Shown here piece by piece: positions 16,831 through 24,890 of a stretch of 32,635 nt of DNA. A model generated the notes under the pieces. The model searched no databases and was not told the DNA's origin. It saw only the letters and a list, made by a program, of their open reading frames with translations. The translations under genes were made by a program, and so were the position numbers. The DNA lies in IMG/VR virus record IMGVR_UViG_3300024046_000018, positions 1 to 32,635 of that record; one strand, written 5' to 3'. Positions within the stretch are counted from its first letter, which is position 1; each line of letters starts with the position of its first letter. Source of the DNA: a virus (taxonomy: Duplodnaviria > Caudoviricetes).

Positions 16831-16852
16831 CGGCCGGATCGGCCGTCGCATC

Positions 16853-16893
16853 AGGATCGGCCCGGCCGGGTCGGGCCGATCCTTTCCCGTTTT
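16853..16893 (+). terminator. Hairpin/probable leaky terminator after the capsid gene
   Basis: Perfect 12-bp stem AGGATCGGCCCG (16853-16864)/CGGGCCGATCCT (16872-16883), followed by TTCCCGTTTT. Confidence 0.65.
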
Positions 16894-16907
16894 CCCAGGA
16901 GGATACC

Positions 16908-17456
16908 ATGTCCAAAATCGTTGGTTCGCAGCCGCGCATCAGCACCCTGCGGCTGGCCAGTGTCGTGGCCGCCGCCAATGCCCTCATCCTGGCCGACACG
17001 GCCCTGGACGCCGAGGACGTCACGGTGGTCGAGGTTTTCGCCGGCCAGCCGGACGTTGCGCGCAATATCACCGTCAAGGGCAATGACGCCAACGTCGCCG
17101 GCGACGTGACCATCTCTGGGGTCAACGCTGCCGGCGAGGCGATTTCGGAAACGCTGGCGCTGGCCGGCGCCGCCGAAGTGGCGGGCGCCAAGGCCTTCGC
17201 CCGCGTCACCCTGGTGGACCTGCCACCGTACGATACGGCGGACACCGAGCGCATTCGCGTCGGGGTGGGCAGCAAGCTGGGGCTGCCGGTCGCGCTGGAT
17301 CGCAACACGGTCATCGCCGCTTTTCGGGACGGCGCGCGGGAAACCACGGCGCCCACCGTCGCCGTCTCGGCCGGGGCCGTGGAGAGCAACACGGTGACGC
17401 TCAATTCGGCGCTCAACGGCACCGATGTGGTCATCGACTTTTACGAAACGCATTAG
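16908..17456 (+). CDS. Virion structural protein, possibly capsid decoration
   Basis: AGGAGG RBS. Beta-rich Ala/Val/Thr protein (QPDVARNITVKG...GAKAFARVT) right after the capsid gene. Confidence 0.65.
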   Translation: MSKIVGSQPRISTLRLASVVAAANALILADTALDAEDVTVVEVFAGQPDVARNITVKGNDANVAGDVTISGVNAAGEAISETLALAGAAEVAGAKAFARVTLVDLPPYDTADTERIRVGVGSKLGLPVALDRNTVIAAFRDGARETTAPTVAVSAGAVESNTVTLNSALNGTDVVIDFYETH

Positions 17457-17466
17457 GAGCAAGGCG

Positions 17467-18018
17467 ATGCTTGCCAAGGAACGTTTGTATCTCAATGGCG
17501 GCCGCAACCGCCTGGTGCGCCAGGGCGACAAGACGGCGGCCTTCCTCTACGCGGCCGAGGGCGATGAAATCCCGGCGAGCGCCGCGGAAAAATTCGGCCT
17601 GGTCGACGGTCGGCTGAAAGCGTCCGGCAAAAGAAGCGTCGCTGCGGCGCTGCTCGGCTCCAGCCTGCTGCCGTCCCTGGTCGAAATCGCGCAGGGCCTC
17701 ACCGTGCAGCTCGGCGCCATCGTGGCCCGGGCGCACAAGGAGAGCGCCCTGGACGTCGAGGCTTGGAACGACCTCCCCGAGGAAGATCGCGAAGCGCGGC
17801 TGGCGGCCGTGGTCGAGGCGATGAAGGCCGAGGCGGCGAAAGCGCCGCCCGCTGCTCCGGCGAAGCCCAAACCCGCATCACGTCCCGCCAGGGCGAAGGC
17901 GGCGAAGGCCGGCAAGGAGCAGAAGCCGGCGCCGGACAAAGAGCAGAAGCCGGCGGCCGACAAGGAAGAAAAGCCGGCGGAGACCAAGAATATCGGCGCC
18001 CAGGGGTCGGACGCCTGA
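17467..18018 (+). CDS. Hypothetical head-region protein with Lys/Pro/Ala-rich repetitive C-terminus
   Basis: AGGAG RBS before ATG 17467. KEQKPAPD-KEQKPAAD-KEEKPAET repeats. Confidence 0.75.
   Translation: MLAKERLYLNGGRNRLVRQGDKTAAFLYAAEGDEIPASAAEKFGLVDGRLKASGKRSVAAALLGSSLLPSLVEIAQGLTVQLGAIVARAHKESALDVEAWNDLPEEDREARLAAVVEAMKAEAAKAPPAAPAKPKPASRPARAKAAKAGKEQKPAPDKEQKPAADKEEKPAETKNIGAQGSDA
17914..17985 (+). repeat. Three imperfect 24-bp in-frame tandem repeats
   Basis: AAGGAGCAGAAGCCGGCG... units encoding KE(Q/E)KPAxx. Confidence 0.75.
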
Positions 18019-18030
18019 CCGAATACCCGA

Positions 18031-18100
18031 GCGCGCCCGCCGACAGGCGCGTGGTGGCCGAAAGGCCCAATGGGAGGCTGTAGCGGCGGGGCGGCCTCCC
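18031..18100 (+). ncRNA. Candidate structured RNA element (three hairpins, complementary loops)
   Basis: Stems GCGCGCC/GGCGCGU, GGCC-GAAA-GGCC and GGGAGGCUGU/GCGGCCUCCC. Loops CGCCG and CGGCG are complementary. No family recognised. Confidence 0.35.
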
Positions 18101-18103
18101 CCT

Positions 18104-18682
18104 ATGATGGATGCAGTCATGGCCCTGATCGATCGGGTGAAAGAGCGCACCGGCGCCGAGCTGTCCGACACCGAGCTGACGGCGATGATTGCCGGCATCA
18201 GCGCCGAAATCGACGGCCGCTATGGACCGGCCGGCCCGATTGAGCTGACCATGGGCGATCCTCAGGACCGGGCGCGCTGGCGGCGGACGCTGATGCTGCC
18301 CCGCCCGCTCGACCCGGCCGAGCCGGTGAGCGTGGTAGAGATCGAGCCGAGCAATCGGGGGGCGGCGAGCGCCGAGCTGGTGCTGGCCGATGCCGATTAC
18401 CGCGTGCTGCACGGCGGTCGCACCCTGCAACGGCTCTCCGACGGGCCGCATGGCCAGGTCTATTGGGCGCCGTTCGTGCGCATCAGCTTCTCCCCGCTGG
18501 GCGACCAGGCGGCGCGCGACGAACTGGTCATCAAGATCATGCAGCTCGACCTTTCCTATCGCGGCGGGCTCAAGAGCGAGCGGGCCGGCGACTATCAGTT
18601 CACGCTCGGCGCCGACGCCGCAACCGAGCGGGAGAAGCTGCTGGGCAGCTTGTCGACCGGCAACCGCGTGACCATGGCGTAG
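18104..18682 (+). CDS. Head-tail adaptor protein
   Basis: Position after the head genes and C-terminal LKSERAGDYQFT motif. Start may be ATG 18119. Confidence 0.72.
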   Translation: MMDAVMALIDRVKERTGAELSDTELTAMIAGISAEIDGRYGPAGPIELTMGDPQDRARWRRTLMLPRPLDPAEPVSVVEIEPSNRGAASAELVLADADYRVLHGGRTLQRLSDGPHGQVYWAPFVRISFSPLGDQAARDELVIKIMQLDLSYRGGLKSERAGDYQFTLGADAATEREKLLGSLSTGNRVTMA

Positions 18683-18693
18683 GGGCGGCTGCG

Positions 18694-19038
18694 ATGATTT
18701 CCGGCCGCCTCACCATGCGCGCGATCATGTTGCGCAACAGCGCCACCGGCACCGATCCGCGCGGCCATCCATTGCCGCCGGTGTGGACGGCCAACGGCAC
18801 GCTGCGGTGCTTCGCCTGGTCGAATGCCAGCCGTGAAATCGTCGATGGCGACAAGACGGCCATGGTCGAGGACATGCGGGCGCTGTTCGCCCTGGGCGGC
18901 GATATCACCGAGGGCGACCGCATCAGCGGCATAACGGATCGGGCGGGCAATGTGCTGATCGCGGGACCGCTGGAGGTGGACGGGCCGGTGCAGCGCAAGC
19001 ATACGCACCTGGAGGCCGCCTTGAAGCGGATCGGCTGA
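18694..19038 (+). CDS. Head closure/stopper protein
   Basis: 114 aa from ATG 18694. GTDPRGHP, DITEGDRI and HLEAALKRI. Synteny fits. Confidence 0.72.
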   Translation: MISGRLTMRAIMLRNSATGTDPRGHPLPPVWTANGTLRCFAWSNASREIVDGDKTAMVEDMRALFALGGDITEGDRISGITDRAGNVLIAGPLEVDGPVQRKHTHLEAALKRIG

Positions 19039-19190
19039 TGGCAGCGCCGCAAACCTGCCGATGCTGCGGCGGCACGGGGACGGTGCCCGATGCCGATGGC
19101 AAGCCCCGCCCGTGCAGCCGCTGCCAGGTGGAGAAATTCCACGCCTGGGCAGCATCCCGCTACCCGGCCAAACGGGTTGAGGCCGGCTGA
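19038..19190 (+). CDS. 50-aa zinc-finger microprotein (not in ORF track)
   Basis: MAAPQTCRCCGGTGTVPDADGKPRPCSRCQVEKFHAWAASRYPAKRVEAG. TGATG overlaps at both ends. CxxCxGxG...CxxC motif. Confidence 0.75.
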   Translation: MAAPQTCRCCGGTGTVPDADGKPRPCSRCQVEKFHAWAASRYPAKRVEAG

Positions 19191-19432
19191 TGGGCAAGGT
19201 CGTCGACCTGGTCGCCCGGCTGGCGGCTGCCAATGCGCCAGATGCCGACTGTGTCCGCCAGGACCAGGACGGCCGGCCGCTCTATCGGTATGCGCTCGAA
19301 TATCGCATGGGCGACGCCAGCTGGTCGGCCGAGCTGTGGGCCTATTCGTTCGACGATGCCGAGCAGCGCGTGGCGGCAATGCGGGATAGCCTGGTCGTGC
19401 TCGGCCAGCTCAAAGCCGTCATCGGGCCCTAG
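19190..19432 (+). CDS. Small hypothetical protein
   Basis: 80 aa, coupled to the zinc-finger gene, stops 2 nt before the next start. Confidence 0.72.
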   Translation: MGKVVDLVARLAAANAPDADCVRQDQDGRPLYRYALEYRMGDASWSAELWAYSFDDAEQRVAAMRDSLVVLGQLKAVIGP

Positions 19433-19434
19433 AC

Positions 19435-19878
19435 GTGGCGGGCAAGACGAAATCCCTCAAATGGTCCGGCAAGGCCGTCTCGGAAAAAATGCGCAAGGCC
19501 CAGATCGTCGGGGTCAACCGCACCATGGCGGCCTGCGTGGTCGAGGCGAAGCGAAACCACCCCTGGCAAAATCGCACCGGCCTCCTCGAGGGCGGCATCG
19601 ACATTGCCGATTATGCCGCCCCCTATGCAAAAGCCGGGCTCTCCGGCGTCAAGGGCACCTGGGGCGTGCGCGACATGGTGCAGGCGCAAATCCTGGAAAA
19701 AGGCGGGACGATCAGGCCGGTGCGCGCCAAGGCGCTGGCGATCCCCCAGGCCGATGGCAGCCTGCGCTTCGTCAGCTCGGTGACCATTCCGCCCTATCCG
19801 TATCTGCGGCCGGCGGCCGACAAGGAATATGTCAGGCTGGGAGAGCGCATCCGCGCAGCGTTCGAACGGGCCGGCTAG
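19435..19878 (+). CDS. Neck/tail-completion protein (HK97 gp10-like)
   Basis: Basic protein with HPWQNRTGLLEGGI, AQILEKGGTI and PYPYLRPA. Confidence 0.75.
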   Translation: MAGKTKSLKWSGKAVSEKMRKAQIVGVNRTMAACVVEAKRNHPWQNRTGLLEGGIDIADYAAPYAKAGLSGVKGTWGVRDMVQAQILEKGGTIRPVRAKALAIPQADGSLRFVSSVTIPPYPYLRPAADKEYVRLGERIRAAFERAG

Positions 19879-19885
19879 CCGAGCT

Positions 19886-19937
19886 GACCCGCGCACCTGC
19901 GCTGATATTACAGGGTCACGCGCGCGCATAGCTTTGC
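19886..19937 (+). promoter_or_regulatory. Putative late promoter 3 (tail operon)
   Basis: GACCCGCGCACCTGCGC at 19886-19902 and TAGCTTTGC at 19929-19937. Confidence 0.78.
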
Positions 19938-19985
19938 CGGACTGACCCGGCCTGTCGCCGGGCCTGATTTCACCCGTGGCGGGCT

Positions 19986-20405
19986 ATGGCGGACATTGTT
20001 ACCGCAATCGTTGATCTGGCTAGGGCCAGTGCCGGCATCGCCGCATTGGTCGGCGCGCATGTCTATGGCGACGAGCTGCCTGAAGCGGCCGTCAAGCAGA
20101 TGCCGCGCGGCGCCCTGGTCGTGAAGCCTTCAGGCGGCGCCGCCTTCCAGCCCGCCAGCTCGGCCAATGCGGAGGCGCAGCGGATCGACCTGATCAGTTT
20201 TGGCGCCACGCCGCTGGAGGCCGACAAGCTGCGGCGGGTCGCGGCGCCGGCACTGCTGGCTCTGCGGCGCCACCGCCAGGGCGATGTGCTCATCCATTGG
20301 GTGCAGCCGGCCGGCGGCTATCTGACCGGCCGCGATCCGGACGGCCAGTGGCCCTATGCCTTCCAGAGCTTCCAAACCCTTTTTTCCAGCATGGAGGTCA
20401 CCTGA
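19986..20405 (+). CDS. Tail terminator protein
   Basis: IAALVGAHVYGDELP and RIDLISFGATPLEADKL. Immediately before the major tail protein. Confidence 0.72.
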   Translation: MADIVTAIVDLARASAGIAALVGAHVYGDELPEAAVKQMPRGALVVKPSGGAAFQPASSANAEAQRIDLISFGATPLEADKLRRVAAPALLALRRHRQGDVLIHWVQPAGGYLTGRDPDGQWPYAFQSFQTLFSSMEVT

Positions 20406-21013
20406 TGAGTGAACCTTATGAAATCGTCGCCGCGCCGTTCACACTGTGGCTCGCTCCGGTCGGAACGGCCTTCCCCGCCATCGATGCCACACCGAGTGGC
20501 GACTGGAAGAAGGTCGGCACGTCCGGCGACCGGAGCGTGAACGAGGACGGCGTCACCGTCGCCCATAGCCAGACGGTCAACGCTGTGCGCTCGGCGGGTT
20601 CCACCGGGCCGCGCAAGGCGTTCCGCCCGGAGGAAGACCAGGTCGTGTCGCTGACGCTGCTCGATATCTCGCTGGAGCAGTATGCCATCGCGCTCAACAA
20701 CAATGCCGTCACCACGACTGCCGCCGGTGTCGGCACCGCCGGGCATAAGGCGCTCAAGCTTTATCGCGGCGTGCAGGTCGCCACCCATGCGCTGCTGGCG
20801 CGGGGTGTGGCCTCGGCCTATGGCGATGGGTGGACCGCCCAGTACGAAATTCCGGTGTGCTTCCAGTCCGGCGATCCCGAACTGGTTTACACCAAGGGGG
20901 AGCCCGCCGGCCTGGCGCTGGAATTTACGACGCTGGAAGACAATGACGCCGTCACGCCCGACATGCGTTTCGGCCGGCTGCTGATGCAGCACGCCATCGC
21001 CCTCGAAGAATAG
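20405..21013 (+). CDS. Major tail tube protein (siphovirus type)
   Basis: GGAGG RBS and ATG 20405. LWLAPVGTAFP, WKKVG...EDGVTV and YTKGEPAGLALEFT. No sheath gene nearby. Confidence 0.82.
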   Translation: MSEPYEIVAAPFTLWLAPVGTAFPAIDATPSGDWKKVGTSGDRSVNEDGVTVAHSQTVNAVRSAGSTGPRKAFRPEEDQVVSLTLLDISLEQYAIALNNNAVTTTAAGVGTAGHKALKLYRGVQVATHALLARGVASAYGDGWTAQYEIPVCFQSGDPELVYTKGEPAGLALEFTTLEDNDAVTPDMRFGRLLMQHAIALEE

Positions 21014-21023
21014 GGGGGCGACT

Positions 21024-21485
21024 TTGGCACGCGCGCCCCTGCTGGATCTCAGCACGCTGGTGGATGACCGGCCCGCCATCAGGATCGACGGCGAGATTTA
21101 CCATCTCAAATCGCCGGAAGAGTTGTCCTTGCTGGAAAGCCAGCAATTCACGGATTGGGGCAAAGACCTCGAAGAACTCGCCGCCGACCCCGGGAAGCGG
21201 AAGGCGTTGGAGGAACAGGTGGGCGTCGTTGCCTGGGCAGTTTTCGCCGATCTGCCCGCAGCGGTGTTCGACAAGCTCTCCGGCGTGCAGCGCATGGATG
21301 TCGTCGACCTTTTTACCGGTCTCCTGCTGGGGCGGCGCCTGCGGCTGGCGGGAGTACTCGGCGGGCAAATCGTCAGCAGCCGGCCGACTGGGGAGAAGTC
21401 ATCCCCCGGCTCCAGCGCTTCTTCGGCGGCGAGCCCCGACACTGGCTCACCGAAGTCCCCGCCGCGCTCCTCCGGGCCTACATGA
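21024..21485 (+). CDS. Tail assembly chaperone (gpG-like)
   Basis: TTG start after GGGGGG. IRIDGEIYHL motif. Lies between tail tube and tape measure genes. Low-complexity Ser/Pro tail. Confidence 0.78.
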   Translation: MARAPLLDLSTLVDDRPAIRIDGEIYHLKSPEELSLLESQQFTDWGKDLEELAADPGKRKALEEQVGVVAWAVFADLPAAVFDKLSGVQRMDVVDLFTGLLLGRRLRLAGVLGGQIVSSRPTGEKSSPGSSASSAASPDTGSPKSPPRSSGPT

Positions 21486-21706
21486 CCATGCTCCCGCGTC
21501 TCGAGGCTGAAGAAGAGCTGTCGAGGATCGGCGCCATGTCGATGGCGTTCGGCGGCACTCGCCCGGCCGAGCGTCGACGGCACCTGGCGCGGCTCAAGCG
21601 GTTGGCGGGCGGTCACATGGCTCCAGCCAAGGCGACGCCGGCCGTCCTGGCGATGATGGGTATCGGCGTCACGGTGGTGCCACCCGGGGAGGGCGGCGAT
21701 GGCTGA
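21308..21706 (+). CDS. Tail assembly chaperone -1 frameshift extension (gpGT-like)
   Basis: Open -1 frame (DWGEVIPRLQRFFGGEPRHWL...) overlaps the gpG-like ORF and runs to the tape measure start. Candidate slip site CCTTTTTA at 21308-21315. Confidence 0.65.
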   Translation, partial: PFYRSPAGAAPAAGGSTRRANRQQPADWGEVIPRLQRFFGGEPRHWLTEVPAALLRAYMTMLPRLEAEEELSRIGAMSMAFGGTRPAERRRHLARLKRLAGGHMAPAKATPAVLAMMGIGVTVVPPGEGGDG

Positions 21707-23603
21707 GAAGCTTGGCGAGGCGCTGCTGGACCTCGATACCAATGACAGCAAGTTCAACCAGGGGGTGGACCGGGCGGAGAAGCGAGCCGTGCGGCTCGGG
21801 AAGACGTTCGACGCCGCCGGCAAGAAGGCGCTCGACCTGGGGAAAAAGCTCGCGCTCGGCGCGACGGTGGCCGGGATCGGCGCCCTGTCGTTCGGCATCG
21901 GCTCGGCCGTCAAGCGGCTCGACGAGATGCGAAAGGTGTCCGCGCAGGCGGATCGCGCATTGGCCAATACCGGCAATACCGCGCGCACCTCGGCCGCCGA
22001 GATCGAGGCCTGGGCCAATATCCTGGAGAACAAGACGGGCCGCGCGGTCAACGATGTGATGGCGATTTCCGCCAACCTTGCGTCGTTCGGGTTTGGCCGC
22101 GCCGAGTTTTTCCGCGCCATAGAGCTGGCGAATGACATGGCGGCCGCTTGGGGCGGCGACCTGCGGCAAAATCTGGAAGGCCTGTCGCGCGCTCTGGACG
22201 ATCCGATCAACGGCATGGCGATGCTGTCGAAGCGCGGTATCGCCCTGACCGATGAGCAGAAGGAAATGGCCAAGGCGTTTCTCGAGGCCGGCAATAAGGT
22301 CGCGGCGCAGGGCGTTGTTTTCGAGGCGCTGGAAGCGCAGGTCAAAGGCGTTGCCGAGGCCGGGTTCGGCGGGCTCCACAAGGCGCTGGTGCTGGCACAA
22401 AAGGCGTGGGATCAAGCTTTTGAAAGCCTCGTTCGCGGTGACGGCGATGCCGCAAATCTCAATGCCACCCTGGAAACGCTGATCGCCACACTTTCCTCGC
22501 CCGAGTTCATCAGCGCGGCGATGGGGTTCGGCAACCTCATCGTGCAGATGGTCAACGGGATCGCCCAGGTTGTCATCGGCGCCCACCAGGCGCTGAAGGA
22601 CTTCTACGACTTTCTGGATGCTCCGAACCGGAACCGGGCGCAGCTGCCGGAAGGCGTCTCGTTGAAGCGGGTATTTCCGGCTGATTATGGCGCGGCAGAG
22701 GGCGACATCACCCGCCAGCTCGAGTGGATGTATCAGCGCGGCGGAAAGCCCTCGGCGGACCAGCTTTATGCCGATTTTGCCATTGGCCCGGACGGAAAGC
22801 TCGTGGTGCAGCCGCCACCCGGGTCGATGTTCGGTCAGTCGCCATTCGATCCTTATGAGGGCTTTACGTATTCGGGGGGCGGCGGCGGCGCCAAGCGCGA
22901 TCCCGTAAGGGACCTCATTGCCAGCCTGACGGCGGAAAAGGATTTGCTGCGCGAGACCGACCCGGTGCAGCGGCGGCTTATCTCGCTGCGCGAGCAGCTC
23001 GCGACCGCCACCACCGCGCAACGGGACGAGGTGGAAGGCCTTATCCGGACCATCCACGAGGAAACGCAGGCCTGGGAGAATGCGCAGGAGGCGGCGCAGC
23101 TGTTCGGCGACTGGGCGATGAACAGCCTGGAGGGCCTGCGCAAAGGCACGAAGTCGCTGACCGATGTGGTCGGAGACCTGATCGACGCGCTCGCCCAGGC
23201 GGTGCTGCAATCGATGCTACTGGGCCAGGGGCCGCTCGCCGGTTTGTTCGGCACATCCAACGCCAATGGCGGCCTCGGCGGTCTATTCGGCGGGCTCGCC
23301 TCGTTGTTCTCTGGTTTCTTCGCCGATGGCGGGCTGATCCCCAATGGAAGCTTCGGCATTGTCGGCGAGGCCGGGCCGGAGCCGGTCATCGGGACGCCGC
23401 GCGGCGCGCAGGTTTTGCCCAATTCGGCGCTCGACAGCGTGCTGGGCGGGCGCGGCATGGTGAACAACATCAACATCAACGGCTCCAATCTGTCGCAGGC
23501 CGAATTGAGCCAGGCCATCAGGGACGCCCTCGAGCAGTTCAGTCGGCTCCAACTGCCGGGGCGGGTTGCCGCTATCCAGGCTGATCCGCTGGCGGTGGGC
23601 TAG
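21699..23603 (+). CDS. Tail tape measure protein
   Basis: MAEKLGEALLDLDTN start, Ala/Gly-rich helical body, LSRALDDPINGMAMLSKRGI, C-terminal FADGG...IVGEAGPE. Confidence 0.92.
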   Translation: MAEKLGEALLDLDTNDSKFNQGVDRAEKRAVRLGKTFDAAGKKALDLGKKLALGATVAGIGALSFGIGSAVKRLDEMRKVSAQADRALANTGNTARTSAAEIEAWANILENKTGRAVNDVMAISANLASFGFGRAEFFRAIELANDMAAAWGGDLRQNLEGLSRALDDPINGMAMLSKRGIALTDEQKEMAKAFLEAGNKVAAQGVVFEALEAQVKGVAEAGFGGLHKALVLAQKAWDQAFESLVRGDGDAANLNATLETLIATLSSPEFISAAMGFGNLIVQMVNGIAQVVIGAHQALKDFYDFLDAPNRNRAQLPEGVSLKRVFPADYGAAEGDITRQLEWMYQRGGKPSADQLYADFAIGPDGKLVVQPPPGSMFGQSPFDPYEGFTYSGGGGGAKRDPVRDLIASLTAEKDLLRETDPVQRRLISLREQLATATTAQRDEVEGLIRTIHEETQAWENAQEAAQLFGDWAMNSLEGLRKGTKSLTDVVGDLIDALAQAVLQSMLLGQGPLAGLFGTSNANGGLGGLFGGLASLFSGFFADGGLIPNGSFGIVGEAGPEPVIGTPRGAQVLPNSALDSVLGGRGMVNNININGSNLSQAELSQAIRDALEQFSRLQLPGRVAAIQADPLAVG

Positions 23604-23605
23604 CC

Positions 23606-24265
23606 ATGGCCGCGCTGACTTTCCCCCTGGCCACCGAAGACCTGGTCGAGCTGATGATGGTCGAAACGGTTACCTGGTCGCTGTCCGAGACGCAGGAATT
23701 TTCCGGACTGGGCAGCGGCGAGTGGATCGCGCGCGATCTGGCGCCCCGCCTGTGGGCGGCCGACATTGCGTCGGTGGTGATGGACGTCGACAGCACGGAG
23801 GCGCTGCGGGCGCGCTTCAACGCGCTGGATGGGGCGATCCAGAGCTTTTACCTCTACGACCCGCGCCGCCCGGGGCCGGCGACCGATCCGGCCGGAACCA
23901 TCCTTGCCGGCGCAGCGGTGACCCTTTCGGTCATCGCCGATAACCGCAAGGAAATCACCCTCGCCGGCGTGCCGGCCGGGCTGCTGCTGCCGGCGGGAAC
24001 GCGCCTTTCGGTCACGGCCGGCAACCCCAGCCGTACCGCCTATCTCCAACTGGTCGCTTCCGTCACCGCCGGCGGCGGCGGTCTGGCGGGGCCGGTAGAG
24101 GTGCGGCCGCATTTGCGGCCCTGGCTAGTGACCGGCCAGCCGGTGCGCCTGGTCAAGCCGGTCGCAAAGGTCAAGCTGGTGCCCAAATCGCTGGCCGTGA
24201 CGCCGGTGGGCACCGTGCTGGCCCGGCTGCGCGCCTCGGTGCGCCAGACCTTGGCGGCGGGGTAG
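23606..24265 (+). CDS. Distal tail protein
   Basis: Follows the tape measure gene. APRLWAADI, LDGAIQSFYLYDPRR and VEVRPHLR. Confidence 0.68.
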   Translation: MAALTFPLATEDLVELMMVETVTWSLSETQEFSGLGSGEWIARDLAPRLWAADIASVVMDVDSTEALRARFNALDGAIQSFYLYDPRRPGPATDPAGTILAGAAVTLSVIADNRKEITLAGVPAGLLLPAGTRLSVTAGNPSRTAYLQLVASVTAGGGGLAGPVEVRPHLRPWLVTGQPVRLVKPVAKVKLVPKSLAVTPVGTVLARLRASVRQTLAAG

Positions 24266-24269
24266 AGCC

Positions 24270-24890
24270 ATGGTGCGTGTGCTCGACGTGGCGACCCAGA
24301 CGGCCATTCGCGACCGGCGTGCCGTGGCGCCGCGCAACTTCGTGCTGATCATCGCAGAGGCCCTGGTCGGCGGCGCGCTGGAGACCTTTGGTTTTACCGA
24401 CTACGGCGAGGACGTCATCACCAATGTGATCGACGCCCGCACCGGCGCCACCGTCAGCCATACTTTCTACGGCGACAACGCGCCGCTGATCGGCATGGAT
24501 CGCATCCCGCTCAAAATCGGGCTGGAGGTGGCGACCACGCAGGTGCTGCTCAACCCGCTACACCCGGTGGTCGAGCTCATGGCGCGCGGCCACAATTTGC
24601 GCAATGCGGCGGTGCAAATCCATCGCGGCTGGCTGTCGCTGGAAAGCCAGCTGCTGGTAGCGCCGCCGCGGCCGCGCCGCCTGGGTCAGGTCAATGGTGC
24701 GCCGATCACCACCGCGGCCGCCGGCGAGCAGTCGAGGCTCGTGCTCAAGGTGGTAAGCGGCACCCGCGAGCTGACCGAGCTCAACCCCACCCGGCGGAGC
24801 GACGAAAGCCAGAAGCGCCGCAACGGCGACCGGGCGCGCAAGTACAACGGCACTGCGCACCTCTGGCAATCGCGCTGGGGGGAAAGCTGA
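24270..24890 (+). CDS. Tail tip/hub protein
   Basis: Synteny. NAAVQIHRG and RRSDESQKRRNGD...WG C-terminus. Confidence 0.65.
   Translation: MVRVLDVATQTAIRDRRAVAPRNFVLIIAEALVGGALETFGFTDYGEDVITNVIDARTGATVSHTFYGDNAPLIGMDRIPLKIGLEVATTQVLLNPLHPVVELMARGHNLRNAAVQIHRGWLSLESQLLVAPPRPRRLGQVNGAPITTAAAGEQSRLVLKVVSGTRELTELNPTRRSDESQKRRNGDRARKYNGTAHLWQSRWGES

Noticed and set aside
18015-18100. Possible HDV-like or hammerhead ribozyme (G-U first pair followed by GG, P4-like hairpin, CAAUGGG; CUGACCGA...GAAA)
   Set aside because: Only 8 nt lie inside the P1-like stem, too few for P2/P3/L3 of an HDV fold, and CUGACCGA does not match the hammerhead CUGANGA core. Kept only as an unclassified structure.
19090-19389. 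99-aa ORF from the track in the neck region
   Set aside because: Arg/Pro-rich off-frame translation. The coupled 19038-19190 and 19190-19432 ORFs explain the region better.
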